From: Saccostrea cucullata
Taxonomy: Eukaryota
Length of the DNA stretch: 64,000 nucleotides
Direction of reading: 5' to 3'
Assembly (NCBI RefSeq): GCF_032062105.1
Contig: NW_026932763.1
Location: 372,001 to 436,000, forward strand
Position 1 is the stretch's first letter. Each line of letters opens with the position of its first letter. A program made the translations under genes and the position numbers. This document shows, one piece after another, positions 1-12,565 of this stretch. A model generated the notes under the pieces. The model made no database searches, had not been told where the DNA came from, and worked only from the letters and a program-made list of their open reading frames with translations.

Positions 1-1485
1 AATGTAGGACAATGACATTCTTTTCCCTGCTATCCGTAAAATACTGATTGAATGTTCATACCTATGTGTTCTGTAGAAATACATAGCCAGAAACAGAATA
101 TCTGACGCAAAACCAAACTTACAAGACAGTTTTAGCAATGCACATACTTTATCAGTTTTGTAATAAATCTTATTTTGATATCTAGGTACATTTACACTAT
201 CTTGTATCAGAGAGGCTGCGTTCTGTAACAAAGTCGCTGTTAAACATTGTACTATAACTGCCTGATACGATGCCAGCTTACCACTTATTATTTTCTCTAT
301 GCGTTTCATGTGAAATGCAAAGTCTCTAATATGAGAAAGACCCAAGAGTAATGGCACTAATTCTACATATTTATTAATATCTGACTTGGCGCTATATCTG
401 ATTCTGATTTCGTCTGAACTCACCCTCAATGATCTGTTTAGAGAGGCTACAAGAAGGCGATCCCTCAGAGTTGGGCTTAATAGCAGACTTGAATAACCAT
501 TACAATACAAATCATACAACCGAGTAAACAATGACATTTGAACAAAACCACTGATCTTTTGTCGAAACATGTTGTTTTGTGGAATAAAAAAGTTAGAACA
601 TTCTCCAACACGTACACAGTAAACCAAAAATTTCAAACATTTCAAAAAACAGTCCAGTTAGTTATCAGGTGTCCAAATTAAGGTACTATGTGTATGGATT
701 ACCCAAAAAACAATTGTTTTCAAGAAGTATGAACAAAGAACTGGGTAACTGTTCTGAAAATTAATCACTTCCTTTAGAAAAATTTTAAGGAGACCATAAC
801 ACAAAAATTGACAATGATTCATTGAATAAACAAGCTTTTGTTCCGCCCTAGAAAAAGAAATCCTCCACTCTTCCACATTTTTAGGTGTACTGCCAATAGG
901 AACAACATGAAATCCTCCACTCAGTATTTCCGATACAACAGTTTTGGATGGCCAAACTTTATGTCGTGATCTTTGTGTCCATTGAAGGGCTAACATAGGC
1001 CAATGATGTGACTGGAAGCAATAAACAAAGTCTGATTCAAAATCTTTGCCTAAAACAAACGAAGAACAAGGCCCATGCAGGTATGGTATAGAAAGATGAC
1101 ATTTACCAGCATTCTGCATCTGCACGAAACGTAAATACTGTTTGCGAAATAGGTCACTAGAAATGTAAAGTTTGTTATTCATCACGACACAAGATGATCT
1201 GACTTCTTTTGTATCTGTTGGACTCATCAATCTTAGTTTAGTGAAACCCGGAGGTAAATCATCACACTCCATCAGAATAATAGTTTGCAGTGGGATACGG
1301 TAGAAAGAGATCTGAGAGAGATCACATATTACCTTGTGGCTAATTAACCAGCATATGAAGTCCGTATCTGAAGTCCTCAGTCTGAATCCCTCGCGCCTAC
1401 TCCCACTCCTCATTGACTGTTTTCTCACCTTTAAGTGTTCGTACCTATTTCTTATCACCTCCATTATGTCATGGACATCTCTCCT

Positions 1486-2552
1486 CGCAGCACAGTTAAG
1501 GGTACAAAAAGGAGGCGGAGCCTAATTTGTACGGGAAAACTTGACTATGACATCATACACAATATACGTCATACAACATTTCTTTAAAATACCACAAAAT
1601 GAGTTTATCTGCTAATTTAACCAGTAAGAAATCATCGAACTACAGAAAAACTTACTACAGCGTGTTGTTTTGTCGTTAGTGAAATCCCACATAACAAGTT
1701 ATGAACAAGTCACTGATCGCAATACACTTGTCAATATGACGTCATTTCTTACAACGTGACGTAGTTTGTATGCAGTGAGAGACAGATCAAGTAATATTTT
1801 CTCAACAAAATATGTATTCTCTAATATAATATATATATATTAAATATAATATAATAAAATATTATTTTCAGATAAAATATGGGCCAATAACTAGAATTTA
1901 ATGTCTTCTTCACTATTTTATTAATATATTTTCTGCACATTACGTATTAAATTGACACTGCCTTATATCTGTACGCAAGTACATCGGAGGGTAATGTGTG
2001 GGGTCTTAATAAATCGATCTAGTGCAAGGGCATAAACTCTATGGATCAAAGTAAGCTTTTACATTTCAACTATAGAACTATTAAGGTATCGGAAAAGTGC
2101 TGCGATCCTGATGAAATCTTAAAAACAATTTAATTATATCAATATTTCATGCCGCTGACCAGCAAAAAATATAGCATTCGGTCATACAAGTATAATTCTA
2201 ACAATGCAATTGCAGAATTTAGACAGGATCGCAGCACTTTTTAGAAACTACAATGCGTACTGAAAATATTCATATACTAAACTTGGAAATCTAACTCGGT
2301 TATGCCCTTGCACTAGTGGTATTTATATGTAACATCAATACTTCAAGTCCATGTGCTAAACGCGCGTGACTGCTGCATCACGTGACTAGTCTAAATATAA
2401 AATATAATTGTCCTCGATATGTAGTTATTAATCATAATTACAATTATCCGATATAAATAATGTACTAAAAATAATCGCCATTCCGATTACGAAAACATTT
2501 TTAAATACAAAATTTAGTCGATATTTCCATTGCGCACCTTAACAGTACTGCG
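1486..2552. mobile_element. Non-autonomous TIR DNA transposon (1067 bp, 2-bp TSD) inserted in the cGLR coding sequence
   Basis: 16-bp TIR CGCAGYACWGTTAAGG (14/16) at 1486-1501 and 2537-2552. CT is duplicated at 1484-1485 and 2553-2554. Removal restores the host frame. Confidence 0.85.
2019..2316. mobile_element. Nested MITE-like fold-back with two inverted-repeat pairs
   Basis: Perfect 17-bp IR CTAGTGCAAGGGCATAA (2019-2035/2300-2316) and perfect 18-bp inner IR AAAAGTGCTGCGATCCTG (2093-2110/2224-2241). Confidence 0.7.
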
Positions 2553-3164
2553 CTGAATATCAAGTCTGTGGGAGTTCCTATCAAGTGACAAATTTCCAGA
2601 TAGATTGCGTCAAATAGTTGAGCTAATTCATCCATTTGATGTTTTATTAAACGAGATATTTGAAATAGTAGAAATCTGAAAAAAAGGAACATTCATATAT
2701 ATATAACATAATTGTGTAATTGTTGACGAACTATTTTTTCAAAGAAGAATGTTTCACCTCCTTTGAAAGAAGTAATCTCTTACCACAGAATATCTCTATA
2801 AATGTCAAGATGAGAAAGTTAATAGATGTATTTGTACTAACTTAATTGGAGGTTATTGAAAGGTATATTATACACCTATTTACTGGCTATGAGAACAATA
2901 GCAAGTTTATCGTCCCCCAAGACAGCAAACTATTTCCCGAGGCGAGATGAAAAGCGAGGGAAATCGAATGTTGCCTTTGAATAGTTTGAGGACTATTCAC
3001 CATGGGCAAATAGCACAAAAACTATTTCACGGCAGAGACTGTTTAGTTTAAAAAAGCATGTTTATTCGTCTTTTTTAATGTAGATAAAATAAACAGATGT
3101 ATAATAATTCTATTTACATACCTACATTACGTCATACATAAATACATATCTAACTGTTATTCGT

Positions 3165-4705
3165 AATAAGATAAAATAAAATAAGATAAGATAAGATAAT
3201 TTTATTTCCAATTTTGGGCCCAGAAGGCATAACGGTTTCTTACAATGACAAGATAATAGTTCTGAAAGAAAGGTTAGTAAACATATACAAACATAGACAC
3301 ACACACGTTTATATCCGATTTAATATATACAAGTAACTGAACATGTAGATGCAGCAGTTTGGGCTATTAAATTGTCAATTCACATGCGATCAAAATAAAT
3401 ATTATCAATATACATATATACCAGTTTACAAGTAAATATGTATCTCTAACATCATTTATGAAAACTCATGGTATTATGCCTTATTTTGAAGGCTTTAACA
3501 AGATATTCACTTAGCTTTGTAATAATTAGATTATCTTCATTAGACATTAACCAGAGAAATTTGTCTCCTTTTGAAAATAATATGAAATTTTTGTTAAGTA
3601 ATGAGATATCACGAAAAAAATTATCTCTCTCCTCAGTATATAACTGGCATTCAGTAAGAAAATGATATTCATCTTCTATATTATTTTGGTTACACATTAA
3701 ACATATTCTTTTGTTTCTATCTAAGGGAATTCTTTGACCAGCATTTTTTTTCACAGATTCATATCAGCATTTTTCAATTCTTAGGTCATGAGCGCTTATT
3801 CTAAATCTGCAAATGGATTTTCTTATTTCATGAGATTTGATGTACATATATTTTCTATTGTAAAATTTTCTTTAAACATAAAATAAGTAGTAAGTTTTCC
3901 AGAGTCAAGTCCCTCTTCACGTTTCATTTTCCAATATTTCAATATTGTAGGAAGTGTTTTTTCACATATTTCTTAACTTGTTTTTTTTAATGTGTTTCTG
4001 TATGTTTTACATTCTGGTAATGCGAGATTAATTTTCTTATTGAAATAAATTACATTTTTGTACCAGCAGTTTATATTGCCTTACTAAGGTTAATACTTAA
4101 TACTTTTTGTATATGCTTTATGTAAAAGGGAAGATTCTGGACTTGATTGCAACCTATGCCAGTATGATAATATGTTTTGAATTATTGAAAAATACATTGG
4201 GTATCTTCCCAGTTCAGAAATTAATGCAATATTATTACTTCTTTCCCAGCTACCAATTGATATTTACAAAATTTGATATTTAAGCTTTCTGCCTCCCACT
4301 CTTTAAAAAGATCGTATAAAATTGATGTTTGTTTTTATCTTGTATGCGTGCTGTAAGGGTTTCCCAAATTCCACAGCCATATAATGCAATAGGCTTTATC
4401 ATGTGATAAAAAAAGATGGAGTGTTTTGATGGAAGGATGAATAGCTTTTAGGTCTTTGTATAATTTGAAAGAGGCTTTAAGCGCTTTATAATATAGACGA
4501 GATCTTGCTTCTTTGAAGGACCCACATGAGGTTAAAATTACACCTAAGTATTCATATTTGTTTACACATTCAATAAGGGAATTTTAAGTGTGAACTTTTC
4601 ATTAATAAAATGACCACTTTTGTTAAACATCACTACTTTGGGTTTACTTGTATTTATATCTAAGCACCAGTCTGTAGAGTATTTATAAAGTAGGTCTAAT
4701 TTGTT
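3165..4705 (-). mobile_element. 5'-truncated degenerate LINE (CR1/L2-group-like), RT C-terminal part plus 3' UTR
   Basis: LDLLYKYSTDWCLDINTSKPKVV near 4630-4700 (late RT motif). RICLMCNQNNIEDEYHFLTEC CCHC knuckle in ORF 3452-3754. Frameshifted. (TCTTA)n-type tail at about 3165-3200. Confidence 0.85.
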
Positions 4706-5709
4706 CGGAATATACTTAACAATGTCTGGCTAATACATGTAATAAATATAACAGATATATTTGCAAATACGTCAAAATTAAATTCCGTTAAATTACACAG
4801 CTTTTATAAAAAAGAAAATGCATTGAAAATCATGTTTTTCATTCTTTCGTCTGTAGACACAATACGGTGTTCCCTTACCTGTGCTTCTGCTTTGAAATAT
4901 CGCCTCCAGTAGTTTGTGTTGTTGTTTAAAAGCTTTCAATGATCTGTTATAGAAAAACTTTGAAATATAATAAAATTATAGCCACATGTACAAGTAATAT
5001 GTATGAATGGATGGTATCCACAATTTTGTTTTAAATGTTTAATATAGCGAGTTAGGTGTACAACTTAATTTAAGAAAAGGGAAGTAGATAATGATAGATT
5101 GTTGTCGGCATTTAATACTAATCTCCTTGATTTACTATAGTTAACTGTAGTAATCTAAAGACAACTATATATATTTTTTGGGGGTTGTTCTACGGCTTTT
5201 AATAGGGAGCAATTTTAAGGGATAATAGTGAAATATTATGACCCTTTTTAAAAATACAGATTGATTCTTAATTTATTTCAGACCTTTTAATTAAGAAATT
5301 AAAGAATTTAAAAAAAGAGTCTATGGGGAGCTGTTTTCGATATCCTGCTTCCGAACAATTACCAAGATCCACATTTGTACAATGAACATAATCATGCTTT
5401 CATCTTTTTCGACAAACGCATGAGCTGCGTTTTATATAATGTCATTTCTGGATCTTTACGAGGTATAACGCAAATATTTTTTTACAATTTTTTTTTTTAT
5501 TTTATTTTTTATTATTATTTTTTTTTTTTTTTTTTTTTGCTTTCATTATTTTATATTTCTCATTCTAAATGTTTGTTCATTTTCTTAAAAGTTCTTTTTT
5601 GGCAATGATAAATGTATTCCATAATATATCTTTTTAAATATATAGTATTTAGAGTTAAACTATGCAATCCTAAGTGCATCTTCGATCCAAAGCACCCATA
5701 GATGGTGAA

Positions 5710-5773
5710 TCCGCCGAAAAATGGCTGAAATATTGCCGCCTCGGCGTTAAACAATATCAATCAATCAATCAAT
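5710..5773 (+). mobile_element. 64-bp 5'-truncated retroposon tail
   Basis: Ends GTTAAACAATA(TCAA)n. 13-bp TSD CATAGATRGTGAA at 5697-5709 and 5774-5786. Confidence 0.7.
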
Positions 5774-6453
5774 CATAGATAGTGAAAGATTATACTTATT
5801 ATTATAAAACATTTTTCACAAGACAAACTTACTGATGTGGAGTGCAGTTATGTTAAGGTCACCCAAAGGAAATACGCCTTGAAATGTAAAACAAAAAATG
5901 AGCACAATGTCGATATCTTTCTAAACACATTGCATTATGATTAATGGGAATTCTACTCATCATATAAAAAGGTGTGTGTATAAAATATATTGGGTTGAGT
6001 TTGGCCAATCGACTTTATTATATACAACAGTTGTTAGTCACATGACAAATTAAAATTTAAAAAAAAATATACTTCTGCAAATGTAAAAACAATGTTATTC
6101 GATTCATTTTATTTTTCCTGAAATCCCCTCGATAAAAAAAAAACTTCCTATGCTAGTTAAATGTGTCCATGTATATTCTACTAGTACTATTAAGATGCCT
6201 TACCATAAATTATCTACTAGGACGTAATATGCATTAAAAAAACTACGAAATAAAGCAATAGTGCACAACCGTCCAGCTCTCACACAGGTATGATGAGGCT
6301 ACAACCAAATATTCAACTCGTCTACACAAAATGAAGTCATAGTAAATTATATGACATGAACTCTAGAGCTGGCGATTTCTTAAAATCTATATTTAAAGAT
6401 TGATTTGAGGTGGTCGTAATAAATTGAAATACACCGCATGCAGAAAAAGTATA

Positions 6454-7798
6454 CGAGGGCTCTTCAAAAATTACACGGACTCTGCTATTATTTATTTTTA
6501 GAGAGGTCTAGTTATAAAATATCACTGAAATATTTATCTTAAAGATTTCAATACATTTTTGTCAATTTTTTTTTTTTGTATTAAAAAAAATTCTTCCTAA
6601 AATTATCGCTGTGTTAATATCGCTGAAGGGGAGGTACGGGGCCTAACACACACAAAAAAAAAATGAAACAAAAACACGCGAAATCCAAAATTTAACTCAA
6701 TAATTTGATATATTTCGCGATGTTTTTCGACAATTTTCTTAACTGTTTCTTTAAATTGCTAAATAAGTATGTTTTTGAATTTAAAAGTACTATTACAAAT
6801 GATTTTTCTCCCATGCAATTCCATTGAAAATGATTGTGAAAATGACGTCTCCTAAATTTGACGGAGCACCATCTTTTTGTTAAACAATTTGTAATGCTCG
6901 AGATATCGTGTCGCCCGCGTGGCGCAGTGGTTAGAGCGTCTGCTCTAGACTCGCGAAGTAGGGAGTCAATCCTTACGTCGCAGGTTTGAATCCCACTGTG
7001 GGACGTGGAGACCGGTCCTTCGGGTGAGACCGTATAAACCGAGGTCCCGTGTCGCAGTAGGTGCTGACACGAAAAAGATCCCTCACTGCTCAAAGGCCCT
7101 GAGTGGACAAAATGTTTAGCCCTCCATCGGCAAGTGTTGGAGTCTCCAAATGAGTGAAAAATTCTCGAGAGGGACGTTAAACAACATACAATCAATCAAT
7201 CGAGATATCGTCAACATACATCTAAAATATGCATAATGAAATATGTAGTAAACTGTGGTGTTCGTGACATTTGTCTACAAATAGCAATTTGGAATTTTAG
7301 ACATTTAGATCTCTTTAAATAAACTATATGGGGGGACAGGAAGAAGATTATCCACAAAAACTTGATACGGACTGTAAAGAACGTGATTGACAGTGACCAA
7401 AGTCGCACTATATCCCATTTATACCTGAAGTTCTTGGTTTAAAATTTAAAAAAAATGCTAAACTTGTTCTATTGATTTTAAGCTTGGTGAGAAATAATGT
7501 TTGGATGTTGAATAGATAAGGTAATTCAAACTGAACAGCAACCATTTGAAAAATTTTGAGAAAAGAAAGTTAATATTTTTTTTATATTGCCAATGACGTC
7601 AACGATTTTTCTGCTCCGTGATTCTATGTTATGTCCAGATAAATCACCCAATATTTATACCATTCACACCATTTTGATATGAAATTTTGAAGACCATATA
7701 AGTAAAGATTCTGTTATATTATGTTTGACATTTTGTGCGATCATATTGTTAAATATTTTTCTTTGCAACAAGTCCGCATAATTTTTGAACGCCCCTCG
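6454..7798. mobile_element. Tc1/mariner-type non-autonomous element hosting a SINE
   Basis: Imperfect ~28-bp TIR CGAGGG..TTCAAAAATTA..CGGACT at both ends, flanked by TA. Confidence 0.8.
6910..7199 (+). mobile_element. Full-length tRNA-derived SINE (Deu/Nin-like central domain)
   Basis: A box TGGCGCAGTGG, B box GGTTTGAATCC, central AAACCGAGGTCCCGTG...AAAGATCCC, (CAAT)n tail. Perfect 12-bp TSD TCGAGATATCGT at 6898-6909 and 7200-7211. Confidence 0.9.
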
Positions 7799-9262
7799 TA
7801 TAGACAGAAACTTGTCGTTCTTGGGTGGTATAAATGTGTATGTATTTGTCATGGGGATTAAATATCAAACCTGTGACGTCATAACTGTTGATCTGTATTA
7901 GCAGAGTGTAAGTTAAATGTTTTTTATGTTTGGAGAATTCATGTAAACAAACACAAGAAATCGGTCATTAAAAGCATTTAGCATGAATATAGTGTAATTC
8001 ATACCGTAATAGAGCTTATGAATAAGGTATACTAATATGATTCTACAATTGATTCGTTCAATAGAAGCATACAGTTTGTTTATACTTCAGCATTTTCTCT
8101 GTCGTTTATAATCGTACAAAATGTGCAAGCGTTCAGCTCTATGCCGCATACTATGAAATGTAATTTTTGTTTCTTTCGAAAGTTCTTATTCTATTGCATT
8201 TGGAGAGTGCTGCTAGAATCGTATGGTTTACGGAAATTGATACATTTTTTTTCTATCTTATGTTTACAAAATGTTAAAATTTTGGTAATGTTTCATCCGA
8301 AAGGAGAGTAGGAATCTAGCAGCACTTTTAATGGCAAAATTATTATTTTACATAACTATTATTACAAATAAAAAAATAATTATCCCCAGGCTATTGTTGA
8401 ACATTTCATATTTTTCATTAAGACATATTTTCTCTATTTATAGACGTCACATGATTGCGTCGTTGTGTAGTGCTTCCTATAGTACAAGTGTCATTGACAT
8501 CGAAAGAATGCATAATGATTGCAAAAGTTTATCCATGACTTTTCTGAATTATTAGTGTTACATATTACAAAAATGTGCAAATCCTCCGAATTCTGATCTA
8601 TGTGCTCCCTTATCATACACGCGCAGTACTAATCCGAATAGAAAGTGATAATAGCTAAACGTATTTAAATAAAATTTTTAGTAAAGGTGATATCAAGGAA
8701 CTTTTGAGATTTGCGAAGGTCTGCGCCTGTAATTTTATTACGTTACTGTATATCCAGATAGAAGCACATCTTAGGCACAACATCTCCTAATGGTTGCATT
8801 ATCAGTGTTGGAAGGGGTACTATTCGTAGAACTAAATTTGATTTTGCAAACCTTTTGTACTGTACATGCTGCTCGAATCTGTTTGTTACTTTCATTTAGG
8901 AGGTAAAATATACATGTAAAGAATAAAATACACACCTATTCTAAACCAATTTTTATTTGCGAGCGAAAAATTCTCTCGAGTTTTGCGAGATTCTTTCACT
9001 TGCAACTATTTCTTGTAGCAAACCAGTTATTCAATAAATATCGGTACAATTATTTCATAATTGATGACAATAAATACATATACATGCATTTTATAGCAGA
9101 ATGAAGTTTTCATTAATTTCCTTAAAATTCTGGAAAATTATGTTGATTATTCTTCAACTGACAATTCAGTTATTTTTAGAGGTTTTACCAAGTATATTTG
9201 TACTGTAAAAAAAATACTGCAGTCAATTAAACACGGATTAAGTGAATCCTCCCCAGCACCAG

Positions 9263-9481
9263 GCCCCAAGACCATAACATGAGAATAGACTTAAGTCAAA
9301 ATTATGATTTTGAATAGCTTGTGTTTAATAATACATACAATATTAAAAATTTGTCCATGTGTGTAGAATATTTTAATTTAAAGATATGGTAAAATTTTTG
9401 TTTTGTTATCAAAATGATTTCAAAAGTTATATAGATTTGATATTTTGACTTTAGTCTGTTCTTAGATTATGGTCTTGGGAC
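9263..9481. mobile_element. PIF/Harbinger-like MITE
   Basis: ~40-bp imperfect TIR GYCCCAAGACCATAA...AAGTCAAAAT. 3-bp TSD CAG at 9260-9262 and 9482-9484. Confidence 0.6.
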
Positions 9482-10409
9482 CAGGTCTAGGGTAGTTACA
9501 ACTTTGTTCATTGTTTACCCCTTACATCATAGAGATAATTTTAAATATGTGATGTTTTAAAACCAAAAAACCCCACCTAAGGGTAATAAAACCTATGATT
9601 TGAAATTCCCCTGCTAATAAATATTATACACATAATTTATGTGTAATCCAGCATGCTAGAGGGTCACGGCGAAATACTTTTGCCTTGGCGCCAAGTGACC
9701 TCTAGCATCCATTGTAAAAATTTTCGCCGCTGATACCGCAAGTGGAAATAAATCATTTAATATAAAAATAAGGCTCACTAAATTAATGAATGGTAAGAAA
9801 TAATAAAATATTCACTATTTACGATAAAACTTATGCATAAAACACTGCTAATCTCATGTATTGGCAATAAATCAATAATGTTAAAAATTAAAGCAAAAAT
9901 TGAAACAAGTCGTCTGTTAAAAATTCGAGAATAAAATGCAAAATTAGAGGAAACAAAAGTAGTCTAACGCAAAAAAATATAGAATAATGACAATTTTCAT
10001 TAATGAACTACAATGCACACTGAAGAAAATGTTCCGCCCAAAATCTCAGGCAGAACGAGCTCGCTGGAAAATGGCCTTCGGATGCAAGAGTCCGAGGTAT
10101 ATAAGGAGCGTAGGGACGTTAACTGAGGCTCTTGCTTGTAGGAGTAAGTTTATGTGCTAAATTTAGAGGAACAAGGTGGACAATTATTAAAAAAAACAAT
10201 TTTTAATGGTATCCTCAATCACTGCATTAAACCAAACTACATGAACAAAGAGTAAAGTAAAGCAAATTAATAAGATCTTTCCTTGGTCATCATTTCCATG
10301 TCTTTGGTACATTTGTTGAAAACCAAGGGACAGGGAAGTTTATCTTTTTTTTGTATAATGCATTTTAATTTTAGTTAATATTAAATATGAAGATAAAAAC
10401 TAAAAAAAA

Positions 10410-10495
10410 ACACACATTAAAAGTCCATTAAAAGAATACAAATCATGAGCAGACACACATTAAAAGTCCATTAAAAGAATACAAATCATGAGCAG
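10410..10495. repeat. Perfect 43-bp tandem duplication
   Basis: ACACACATTAAAAGTCCATTAAAAGAATACAAATCATGAGCAG occurs twice. Confidence 0.9.
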
Positions 10496-10499
10496 AGTA

Positions 10500-10580
10500 A
10501 ACACCGATCTCTGAAAAACTTCAGAGGTAAAATCTGGTGTCATGGAGGAGTGAGCATCCCCTGCCGACACACCATTTGCT
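10500..10580 (-). mobile_element. Fragment of the Penelope-like element 3' region also seen at about 27100-27160
   Basis: CATGGAGGAGTGAGCATCCCCTG is the reverse complement of CAGGGGATGCTCACTCCTCCATG at about 27115-27138. Confidence 0.6.
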
Positions 10581-10625
10581 CATTGTCATAATCGGTTAAA
10601 CGGAAAAGTTAATAGACAATTCAGT

Positions 10626-10781
10626 NNNNNNNNNNNNNNNNNNNNNNNNNNNNNNNNNNNNNNNNNNNNNNNNNNNNNNNNNNNNNNNNNNNNNNNNNNN
10701 NNNNNNNNNNNNNNNNNNNNNNNNNNNNNNNNNNNNNNNNNNNNNNNNNNNNNNNNNNNNNNNNNNNNNNNNNNNNNNNNN
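10626..10781. other. Assembly gap (156 N)
   Basis: Run of N. Confidence 1.
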
Positions 10782-10842
10782 TGTCAGTCAATCGAGTAAA
10801 TGATAGGATAATATGTGCTGAAAAGGTCAGTATATCAACCAT

Positions 10843-12385
10843 TCAGTGCCGACCGGACACAGCCTAACAGAAAGCGAACCAATAGCGCATCCCTGCTTCG
10901 CTCTGTGGGTTATCTTCGGGTTTGCTCGGGATCCACTAAAGCTGAACCCAAGGAACCAAGAGTCCATGCACCCGTAGCGGACCCAGAGTGAACCCGCATA
11001 TATTGCAGTCGATATTGCTTTACAGAGCTGTCAATCAGAATAAGCAATATAAACAATCAGCGCTTCCATCAATCAAAATGGCATATTGAGCTGTCGATTG
11101 GGATTAAAAATCGAATGTGTTGATGTTTCTTGATATAAACCCATGCATTGTACAAGCAAGCAAAGCGTGTTAATGAACAATGTAATTATTTTACATGTGT
11201 GATAATTTAAATGTTTTTTTTTTCATTTTATTTTATATTTATGTATTTTGATTCTCCAGACTGTTTTTTTTAAATTTCTTTTAGAAATTCTTAATTTTTT
11301 TTTATTCTTAAAGCAATTAATAATTTCTATAATTTAATTATCTAAGTAGAATGATACATGAATATTTACCTATTTATCTTCTTAGTTTTTTTTTCTTTTT
11401 TTTTTTGTACCAGTATGAACAGTCCATTGATAGATATAAATTTGGTAAATATATCAGTCAATTCGTAAAAGAAAAAAAGAAAATAATAATTATTACATTT
11501 TTTACTGAAAAATATAAATAATAAAAAAAAGCATCTATACATTATACACATAGCACTAAGTCCCGCTAAAAGAGTTCAAGGAACATAAAACTTTTTCACC
11601 ACATTTAATGTGCATTTAATTAAATGTCAGTGACAGCATACTTATGTCCAAGTAACCGATAAATTAACAAAATTAGATTCAATGATTTATTTACGATTGA
11701 TCCCTTTAAATTTTAAAGTTAAGAAGTAAAGTTAAAAAGTCTGGTCTTATAGGTACAACATACATACTGAAAAATGTCGGAAATGAAAACAAACCGCCCC
11801 AAAAAATGTCGGAAATGAAATGATGTTAATTACCAAAAAATTCTGGAATTTAAATGCACCCTTCCAATACAAGGAGTTCATTTGTGGATTCGATCATTGT
11901 TGTTTCTGCGGCGATCAATACATATACACTGTACATATATACAGTGACATTATGGAGAACATTGATAAATTTTGGTATAAAAACTTTTAAAAACCAATTT
12001 TTTTTTACTTAGAAATCATTTGATTGCCGCAAGCTAAATTCCGAAAATGAAAAAAAATATACATCGTAAATGAAAACAAAAAATGTCTGAATTGAAATTA
12101 AAAAAAAAAAACGAAAATGCTATGCATATTTCTGGAAATGAAATGGAGCGGTATGGGAATATACAACGACCAGGTTTACTGACTGCAAGATTAAAGGGGG
12201 GGTCCGCTTCACGCATGAGTTCGTAAAGCGATCCCAGAAAGCGAACGCTGGATTTGCTTTAGGGGACTCAGAGCTGACCATAAGCGATTGAACGCTGAGC
12301 GAACCAAGCGTGCACCCTAAGCATACCCAGAGCGATCCTAAAATTTCTGAAAGCGAACCCGAAGTTGACCCATTAAGTTGAACTA
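10843..12385. mobile_element. Probable non-autonomous DNA element with GC-rich subterminal GCGAACC-type repeats
   Basis: GC-rich repeat blocks at 10860-11000 and 12200-12375. 17/20 inverted match between about 10907-10926 and 12352-12371. True termini and TSD not resolved. Confidence 0.45.
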
Positions 12386-12565
12386 GTAAACTACTTCAAG
12401 ACTCACATCTATTTTCGAACAAGCAGAATTCTCACTTTAATCCCACTTCCGAAGCTTTTACTAAGTGATATTTCAACATTCTGACTGGAATTCTGTTAAT
12501 GGAGATATTGGGGGATTCTGAAAAGATTAAGAGTAAATCTGATAGCATGAACGTTGACAAAAATA

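Larger units (their letters stand above)
1..2635 (-). pseudogene. Mab-21 / cGAS-like receptor (cGLR) nucleotidyltransferase with helical C-terminal extension; disrupted, 3' end beyond the window
   Basis: ATG at 2635 (MDELAQLFDAIYLEICHLIGTPTDLIF). Removing 1486-2552 plus one TSD joins it in frame to RRDVHDIMEVIR...GSRREGFRLRTSDTD...ESDFVYCF...GFHVVPIG...EWRISFSRAEQKL...CSYFLKT. TAA at 658-660 is followed by 219 open in-frame codons (LDCF...CSNFFIPQNNMF...SDILFLAMYFYRT) to position 1. Splice acceptor at 2676-2677. Confidence 0.9.

Noticed and set aside
1496-2542. Kolobok/piggyBac-type element with TTAA TSD
   Set aside because: Both TTAA lie inside the 16-bp TIR. Excision at TTAA breaks the cGLR frame, whereas the 2-bp TSD model restores it.
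4879-4960. Possible 5' UTR exon of the cGLR (donor AG|GTAAG at 4878)
   Set aside because: Plausible, but supported only by one splice-site match.
6910-7000. Possible tRNA genes (also about 46587-46680 and 38590-38664)
   Set aside because: A/B boxes continue into SINE bodies with microsatellite tails and TSDs; these are SINE heads.
6692-7195. 167-aa ORF and the similar ORF at 46519-46869
   Set aside because: Antisense reading of SINE copies.
10621-10842. ORF containing a run of X
   Set aside because: Artefact of the N gap.
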